In this document: piece by piece, positions 26,328-31,361 of the stretch | Numbering within the stretch: the first letter of the stretch is position 1 | How the letters are laid out: every line of letters begins with the position of its first letter | Source of the DNA: a virus | Lineage: Duplodnaviria > Caudoviricetes | IMG/VR virus record: IMGVR_UViG_3300037309_000002 | Span: 1 to 31,361 of that record | DNA length: 31,361 nt | Direction: 5' to 3' (one strand) | The notes under the pieces: generated by a model | The model's input: only the letters and a program-made list of their open reading frames with translations | What the model was told of the DNA's origin: nothing | The model's database searches: none | Program-made: the position numbers and the translations under genes

Positions 26328-27023
26328 ATGGCAACATTGGACATTAAAGACGCAGCGGGCGACACGAAGGTGCTCGACGTCACGGAAGTGACGACCGGCG
26401 TGTTCGTGCCAAATTACGTCGTCGTCAACACGTCCGGCACAGCGGTCGGCGTGGCGACGGAAGCCAAGCAGGACACCCAGATCGCTGCACTTGGCGCTGC
26501 GGCTGATGCGGAGGCATCCGGCAACGGTTCGGCTATAGCAATTCTGAAACGGCTGCGTACCCTTCTGGGTGGCACACTGACCGTCTCTGGTACGGTCTCC
26601 GTTTCTGACGTGGCCACGTCGGCGAACCAAGACACGACGAACACCCGGCTTGGCAACACGACAGACGCAGAAGCGAGCGGAGATGGTTCTCTGATCGCCA
26701 TCGCGAAGCGCCTCCGCACGCTTTTGGGCGGGTTGCTTGGCGTGACGCCGCAGATGTCGAGCGCGGGGCACATCGACGCCCAAACCAATGCGACCGGCAC
26801 GAACTGGACGGCCTTTGGGTCGCAAGCATGTAAACAAATGCTGATTTCAAACCAGACCGGCGTCAGCCTTGAAGTCCGGCATGGTGGATCCGGCGTCGGC
26901 GTGCGCATCCCGACCGGCGCGATGATGCCGTTCTACGGCCTCACAAACGCAAATCAGTTAGAGGTGCGCCGCGTGGACACGTCGAATACGCAAGTCACTG
27001 TTCAGGCGCGCTGGGAATCCTAA
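26328..27023 (+). CDS. Putative fibre/structural protein with two 41-aa repeats
   Basis: VAT.A.QDT....LG...DAEASG.GS.IAI.KRLRTLLGG occurs at 26451-26573 and 26610-26732. Confidence 0.7.
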   Translation: MATLDIKDAAGDTKVLDVTEVTTGVFVPNYVVVNTSGTAVGVATEAKQDTQIAALGAAADAEASGNGSAIAILKRLRTLLGGTLTVSGTVSVSDVATSANQDTTNTRLGNTTDAEASGDGSLIAIAKRLRTLLGGLLGVTPQMSSAGHIDAQTNATGTNWTAFGSQACKQMLISNQTGVSLEVRHGGSGVGVRIPTGAMMPFYGLTNANQLEVRRVDTSNTQVTVQARWES

Positions 27024-27026
27024 GCC

Positions 27027-27785
27027 ATGATGATGGCCGGCCCTGGCGCGTTCCGGGATTTCACGCCGCTGCGCCTGACGCCGTTCGGGTTTCAATGCGA
27101 CCAAATCATTGATCCAGGCGATCTCGATTCGACATGGCAGGACAGCGCCGGGACAACCACTCGTGCGCAAGCCGACAATGATCCTGTCGGGTTCGTTCGG
27201 GACCGAAGCGGGCGCGGAAGAAACGCCACTCAATCGACAAGCGGAAAGCGGCCGCTGCTCAAGGTCGAATCCGGCATCTGGTTTCTCCGCTATGACGGCA
27301 CCGACGACGATATGTCTGTCTCGGTTCCGAAAGGTACGTCGTGGTTCGCGTCGATGGCCTATCGCAAGGCGGCTTCCAGCGGTCGTGGCGTTTATTTGGC
27401 GTCGTCAAATAATTCAACCCAACCGCCAATTTGCGACCAGACCACATCGCGTCTTCAAACGATGCGCGGGACCGGCACGAGCGCAGGGCAGCAATACCAG
27501 GCAGCGGCAGCGTCTGGCGGAAAAACAACCTGGGCTGTCGCCTCGGCGTGGTGCGACAACGACGGGTCCAACGGAATTCGTTTAAACAAAACAGATCAAG
27601 GCGCGCTGACTTCGACTGGATCGGCGTTTACGCCGCAGGCGACATGGAACTTGTGCGGCGGTCGCGTGTCCGCCTCTAGCTTTTCGGCGATGGACCTGGC
27701 CTTTGCCTGCATTCTGCCGCGCGTTCCGTCCACGGAAGAAATGGACATCATCGACTCGTATTTGATGGCGAGGGTTGGACTATGA
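27027..27785 (+). CDS. LamG/ConA-like lectin-fold protein (putative second receptor-binding protein)
   Basis: DPGDLDSTWQDSAGTT...DPVGFVRDRSGRGRNATQST...RPLL...YDGTDD and C-terminal EEMDIIDSYL. Confidence 0.7.
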   Translation: MMMAGPGAFRDFTPLRLTPFGFQCDQIIDPGDLDSTWQDSAGTTTRAQADNDPVGFVRDRSGRGRNATQSTSGKRPLLKVESGIWFLRYDGTDDDMSVSVPKGTSWFASMAYRKAASSGRGVYLASSNNSTQPPICDQTTSRLQTMRGTGTSAGQQYQAAAASGGKTTWAVASAWCDNDGSNGIRLNKTDQGALTSTGSAFTPQATWNLCGGRVSASSFSAMDLAFACILPRVPSTEEMDIIDSYLMARVGL

Positions 27786-28282
27786 CGAACCAATGGCCGC
27801 TCGAACGCGACATGGCGGCGTTTTATGGCGATCCAGACCCAGACCGCGATGGCAAGGCCAATGCCGCGTGGGAGGCCGCAAACCTGGTCTATGTGCAAGC
27901 GCCGTGGCCCATGGTGGCCGATTGGGCGCGCGACACGGTCATTTCGCGCATCCGGGTGCATCGACTCGTCGCACCGTCGCTCGAACGCGTGTTCGGCGCG
28001 ATCAAGCAAGAATTCCCGTCCTTCGCCCAAATCCAATCGCTCGGCCTGCACCTGTTCGGCGGCGCGTATGTCTTCCGCAATAAGCGCGGGCTGGAAACCC
28101 GCTCGACCCACGCCTATGGCGCGGCGATCGATCTTGCGCCCTCGCGCAATCCGCTCGGCGTCAAATGGCGTCCGGGCATGATGGACCCGCGCATCGTCGC
28201 GGCGTTCAAGCGCGAAGGCTGGACATGGGGCGGCGATTTCAAGTCGCGCGCGGATTGCCAACACTTTCAAGCCGCGAGGTGA
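27782..28282 (+). CDS. Endolysin, M15-family Zn peptidase
   Basis: STHAYGAAID (SxHxxGxAxD), WGGDF and DCQHFQ. Confidence 0.92.
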   Translation: MTNQWPLERDMAAFYGDPDPDRDGKANAAWEAANLVYVQAPWPMVADWARDTVISRIRVHRLVAPSLERVFGAIKQEFPSFAQIQSLGLHLFGGAYVFRNKRGLETRSTHAYGAAIDLAPSRNPLGVKWRPGMMDPRIVAAFKREGWTWGGDFKSRADCQHFQAAR

Positions 28283-28284
28283 CA

Positions 28285-28665
28285 ATGTCGGATTCGTTGG
28301 GCAGCGGGCATTTGAGCCCGTGGACGTGGGCAATTCTGGGATCGGTAGCGGGCACCGTTGCAAGGGCGAACGACTGGCTCGGCGCGGACGGCAAGATCGA
28401 CAAAAAGATGCTGATCGCAGACCTGTCGTCTTCCGGCTTCGTCGTCATCGTCAGCGTTCTTACGGCAGACTGGATGGATTTGCCCGGGCCCTACGCCGCT
28501 GGCTTCGCGTCGATCGCCACGCTGGTGGGGATTCGGGCGCTGCGAGACACGGCGCTCAAGGTCATCGAAATCGGGCTATCGGGGTTCGCCAAGCGCATCG
28601 GCGCCGATCCTCCCGCGCCGCCTGCGCCGGGACAGGATCAGCCGCCGGCCGAGCCGAAGCCCTGA
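28285..28665 (+). CDS. Holin (putative)
   Basis: GAGGT RBS; about three hydrophobic segments; directly after the endolysin. Confidence 0.7.
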   Translation: MSDSLGSGHLSPWTWAILGSVAGTVARANDWLGADGKIDKKMLIADLSSSGFVVIVSVLTADWMDLPGPYAAGFASIATLVGIRALRDTALKVIEIGLSGFAKRIGADPPAPPAPGQDQPPAEPKP

Positions 28666-28777
28666 GCCCTCATCAATCGGCTCGCATCGCTGCGTTCCTG
28701 TCGCTCTGCGCGGCGGGGAGCCTTTGGGCGTTTTTGATTTCATGCGCGGCGATGGGGCCGCAGTAGGAGCAATCCAA

Positions 28778-29140
28778 ATGCGTGACCGAACGTTAGCTGA
28801 CGATGTTGTGCAAGGAGCGGCCGTTCGTGCGCTTCTGGACCTAATACTTCAACCCATGCGTGTCGCGGCAAAGCGCCATGGGTTTGCAATTGCAGTTCAT
28901 GGATCGCTGTCCAGAGACCTTGACCTAGTCGCCGTCCCCTGGGTTGAGCGGGTGGACGACAAGGATCAACTCGCTCGCACGCTTTGCGGCGTCGTTCAGG
29001 GCGTTACAGGATCTTGTCTGCTCCATGGCGAATGGAGCCCGAAGCCGCACGGACGCGCAGCTCGCACCCTGCTGACTTATTGCGGTGAGCAATCCTTCAA
29101 TATTGACCTGTCGGTCGTGCCTGGATCGACCAAACTGTAG
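28778..29140 (+). CDS. Hypothetical protein with a minimal nucleotidyltransferase-like motif
   Basis: AGGAG RBS; IAVHGSLSRDLDLVAVPW and NIDLS. Confidence 0.7.
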   Translation: MRDRTLADDVVQGAAVRALLDLILQPMRVAAKRHGFAIAVHGSLSRDLDLVAVPWVERVDDKDQLARTLCGVVQGVTGSCLLHGEWSPKPHGRAARTLLTYCGEQSFNIDLSVVPGSTKL

Positions 29141-29149
29141 AGGCATAAC

Positions 29150-29590
29150 ATGCTTTGGCATTTGTTGATCGGCGGGATCTCCGCCGGCGCGCTTTGGGCT
29201 GGCTTTACGCTGGCTGGGTTCCGCGGCGCGGTGATCGTCGCCTTTGTTCTGGCGATGCTGTGGGTCTCAGTCCGCGTCGTGCGGTCCTATGACGCCGAGG
29301 CCGAGCTGGCGCGGACCAAGGCGGACCTGGCGCGCGCCGAGTCAACCTTCCGGGATTTCCGGCAAGTTGCCGACCGGGCCGCCGCCGCAGCAGCCGCGAA
29401 GATTGCCGGCATTGAGCAAGCTCGCGCCCAGGCTGAAGCCGCATTGGCCGAGCACCGCCAGCGATCGGCCGTCGAGTTCTCCGCCCTCAAAGACAGGATC
29501 GCCGCCAATGTCCCCTCGCGCCCTCAGTGCGATTACCCTCAGCCTGTCATTGACGGGCTGCACGACGCTCACGCCCGAGCCAGCCGGTAA
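29150..29590 (+). CDS. Inner-membrane spanin (Rz-like)
   Basis: Hydrophobic N-terminus, Ala-rich coiled coil, C-terminal Cys. Confidence 0.75.
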   Translation: MLWHLLIGGISAGALWAGFTLAGFRGAVIVAFVLAMLWVSVRVVRSYDAEAELARTKADLARAESTFRDFRQVADRAAAAAAAKIAGIEQARAQAEAALAEHRQRSAVEFSALKDRIAANVPSRPQCDYPQPVIDGLHDAHARASR

Positions 29591-29813
29591 GGACGCCGAG
29601 CGGGTATTCGCGCCCGTCCAGGCCGCTCTGGCCTGCCCAGCGCCGCCGTTCAGTCTGACGACACCCGCGCCCGTCCCACCGCCGCCCAAGGGCACGGCGG
29701 GCAGCTATCGCGCGCTGCCGGGATACGTCGCCGATCTGCTCGGCTGGATCGCCGACGACCGCGATCGGTCGAAGCGGCGCGAGGCGTGGCATCGGGAAAG
29801 GTGTGGCCGGTAA
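29508..29813 (+). CDS. Outer-membrane spanin lipoprotein (Rz1-like)
   Basis: MSPRALSAITLSLSLTG-C lipobox, Pro-rich; overlaps the 3' end of the Rz-like gene in another frame. Confidence 0.8.
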   Translation: MSPRALSAITLSLSLTGCTTLTPEPAGKDAERVFAPVQAALACPAPPFSLTTPAPVPPPPKGTAGSYRALPGYVADLLGWIADDRDRSKRREAWHRERCGR

Positions 29814-29880
29814 AAGCAAGGCCACGTTTTTATAGCCTATAAATTCACCCAGTCCGCCGCGCCGATGGCTTTGGTTTTCA

Positions 29881-30078
29881 GGCAAAATCTGGGCAACTGC
29901 CCGTAAGTCGTTGACGCTTCACGCCGTCCCCACGCTTTCGGGAGGCAGGGGCCGGAGGTTCAAATCCTCTCTCTCCGACCATTTTGGCTTATTTCTGCGG
30001 TTTCTTCCGTTCACGTTTTGACGCCTTTTGCCCAATTTTGACGTGAACAAACGGAAACCGGCGGGCAAAATCTGGGCA
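29881..30078. repeat. Integrase arm-type repeats flanking the att core
   Basis: Perfect 15-bp direct repeat GGCAAAATCTGGGCA at 29881-29895 and 30064-30078; inverted partial copy TTTTGCCC at 30026-30033. Confidence 0.75.
29937..29981 (+). mobile_element. attP core: 3' half of tRNA-Pro(CGG)
   Basis: TTCGGGA GGCAG GGGCC GGAGG TTCAAAT CCTCT CTCTCCG ACCA gives anticodon loop, T-arm, acceptor 3' strand and CCA; the 5' half is absent; next to the integrase 3' end. Confidence 0.9.
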
Positions 30079-30079
30079 G

Positions 30080-31072
30080 TCATCCCATAGCCCTCAGTTT
30101 TGCGACCTGGCCTTCGTCGGCCTCCAAATATCTCAACAGCGATTCCATGTCCGCCCATCCGCCCCAAGCCATGAGCGTCCGAAGATCGACGCCTTGACGG
30201 ATCATCCACGTCGCCCAATGGTGACGCCAATCGTGCCAGCGGAAGCCGGTTAGCCCGATCTGAGTGCACGCCAGCCCATGCCAATGCCGAAGCGGATTGC
30301 CGCCCTTGTGGCGCGTGTCTGGCCAGGGGTGACCGTCTTGAGTGAGGAATACCGGGTTGCGGTCCTGACGCCGCTGGAGGCCCGCTAGAGCCTCAATGCA
30401 GGCCGGGTGCAAAGGCACGCGCCGGTCTCTGCCGTTCTTGGGGTTCACGATACGCACATGGCCGGACACAAGATCGACTTGGCCCCAGGTCAATTGCAGG
30501 GCCTCTTGAGCCCGCAAGCCCGCGTAACAGGCCAGTGTGGCGATAGGCCGGACGTGTGGCTCATAGGCTTCTAGCAGCCGTCCAGCCGTCGCCCAATCCA
30601 GCGCCGAATTAATCTGCCGCGCCTTCGGGCTTTTGGGCAGCTTTGGCTTGGGCACGCCCGCCGCAGCGAACAGGCCGCGCAAAGTAATGGCGTGGCGCTC
30701 CCATGTCGCCCCGGCTCGACCGGGCAGAACTTGGCGGCAAAAGGCCTGCCAGTCATCTGCGGTTATGTCGTGGAGCATGTAGCCCTGGAAAAATTGCCTG
30801 AGAGTTCCGACGCGGGTTAGGTCTGACAAATGCCCGTGGTTTTGAAGATAGATCGCGGCGGCGTGATCGAACGTCACTTCACGACGGACAGCGGGCTTCC
30901 CGTGGAGGAGTTCGGCTTCGACCTCGCGCCGTAGTTTTGCCCCGAAGGACTCCGCAGCATTGCGTTCAACGCATCCGGTTGTTTGTTCAGGAATCCGCCG
31001 CGACGTTTGGCCGATCCTGATCGTTCCTCGGACGTGCCAGAATTGCCCGCGCCTGCGGTAGTGGAGCGACAT
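30080..31072 (-). CDS. int: Tyrosine integrase
   Basis: Catalytic residues in GLRAQE (R), PKNG (K), WHDWRH (HxxR), GGW (W) and LRYL (Y). Confidence 0.95.
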   Translation of the reverse strand: MSLHYRRRGQFWHVRGTIRIGQTSRRIPEQTTGCVERNAAESFGAKLRREVEAELLHGKPAVRREVTFDHAAAIYLQNHGHLSDLTRVGTLRQFFQGYMLHDITADDWQAFCRQVLPGRAGATWERHAITLRGLFAAAGVPKPKLPKSPKARQINSALDWATAGRLLEAYEPHVRPIATLACYAGLRAQEALQLTWGQVDLVSGHVRIVNPKNGRDRRVPLHPACIEALAGLQRRQDRNPVFLTQDGHPWPDTRHKGGNPLRHWHGLACTQIGLTGFRWHDWRHHWATWMIRQGVDLRTLMAWGGWADMESLLRYLEADEGQVAKLRAMG

Positions 31073-31233
31073 TTCACAGCCTCAAGAAAAAAGCGGTAGT
31101 CGTCTTCGGTCATAAGCCATTCTTTACCGACCTTACGAAACGGCGCTCCAACCTGTCGAATCGTGTCCTTGAGCGTGCGGACTGATACGCCGCCCAGCCT
31201 TTCGGCCACTTGCGCCAAGGTGAGGGCGGTCAT
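30874..31233 (-). CDS. xis: Excisionase-like HTH protein; its C-terminal tail overlaps int
   Basis: MTALTLAQVAERLGGVSVRTLKDTIRQ...FRKVGKEWLMTEDD is a MerR/Xis-type wHTH immediately upstream of int. Confidence 0.8.
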   Translation of the reverse strand: MTALTLAQVAERLGGVSVRTLKDTIRQVGAPFRKVGKEWLMTEDDYRFFLEAVKCRSTTAGAGNSGTSEERSGSAKRRGGFLNKQPDALNAMLRSPSGQNYGARSKPNSSTGSPLSVVK

Positions 31234-31361
31234 CGGCTTTGGTCCATAGAGCGATTGTTCAACCACAATAACCACTGCATGTTTTGCGGGTTCCACTCTA
31301 AACAAACTGCGGCAGTTTCCGCCCACGGAAACTCTGGGTGCGCTTTTAGACGAACATATCC
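31230..31361 (-). CDS. 3' end of an upstream hypothetical gene (partial)
   Basis: Open frame ...GYVRLKAHPEFPWAETAAVCLEWNPQNMQWLLWLNNRSMDQSR* ends in an ATGA overlap with the xis start. Confidence 0.5.
   Translation of the reverse strand, partial: GYVRLKAHPEFPWAETAAVCLEWNPQNMQWLLWLNNRSMDQSR

Noticed and set aside
25326-26837. 503-aa antisense ORF over the tailspike
   Set aside because: It spans two well-supported plus-strand genes and has shadow-frame composition.
23607-27785. Diversity-generating retroelement acting on the fibre genes
   Set aside because: No reverse transcriptase and no adenine-specific TR/VR pair was seen; the repeats found are protein-level duplications.
29905-29981. Complete tRNA-Pro gene
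   Set aside because: The 5' acceptor strand, D-arm and 5' anticodon stem (expected CTGCC) are missing, so this is an att core only.
29919-30284. 121-aa minus-strand ORF
   Set aside because: It overlaps int out of frame, and its end (WSEREDLNLRPLPPE) is simply the antisense translation of the tRNA fragment.
1-31361. Alternative genetic code or stop-codon reassignment
   Set aside because: Core genes are full length in the standard code and end in TAA, TAG and TGA.

Overview
The window is most of a GC-rich temperate tailed phage genome (siphovirus-type, lambdoid gene order), probably infecting an alphaproteobacterium. The host is inferred from a GapR-like gene and the gene families present. 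From left to right: a truncated cI repressor and cro around a three-operator switch; early genes (small membrane peptides, a CII-like gene, HTH proteins, a GapR-like/RMF-like protein, a RuvC-like resolvase, an MT-A70 methyltransferase); DnaB and an initiator containing iterons; a NusG-family antiterminator in the position of lambda Q, followed by a structured leader; terminase, portal, scaffold and P22-type capsid; neck and tail genes with a -1 frameshift chaperone; a tailspike carrying lectin-like, SGNH esterase and CBM-like domains plus two accessory fibre genes; lysis genes; and an intact attP carrying the 3' half of tRNA-Pro(CGG), with int and xis on the minus strand. Phage genes lie on both sides of att, so the sequence represents the excised or virion form. 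The best candidate for something new is the protein at 1812-2534, which appears to combine a GapR-like domain, a beta-clamp-type QFDLF motif and an RMF-like domain. All family assignments come from motif recognition by eye, with no database searches.
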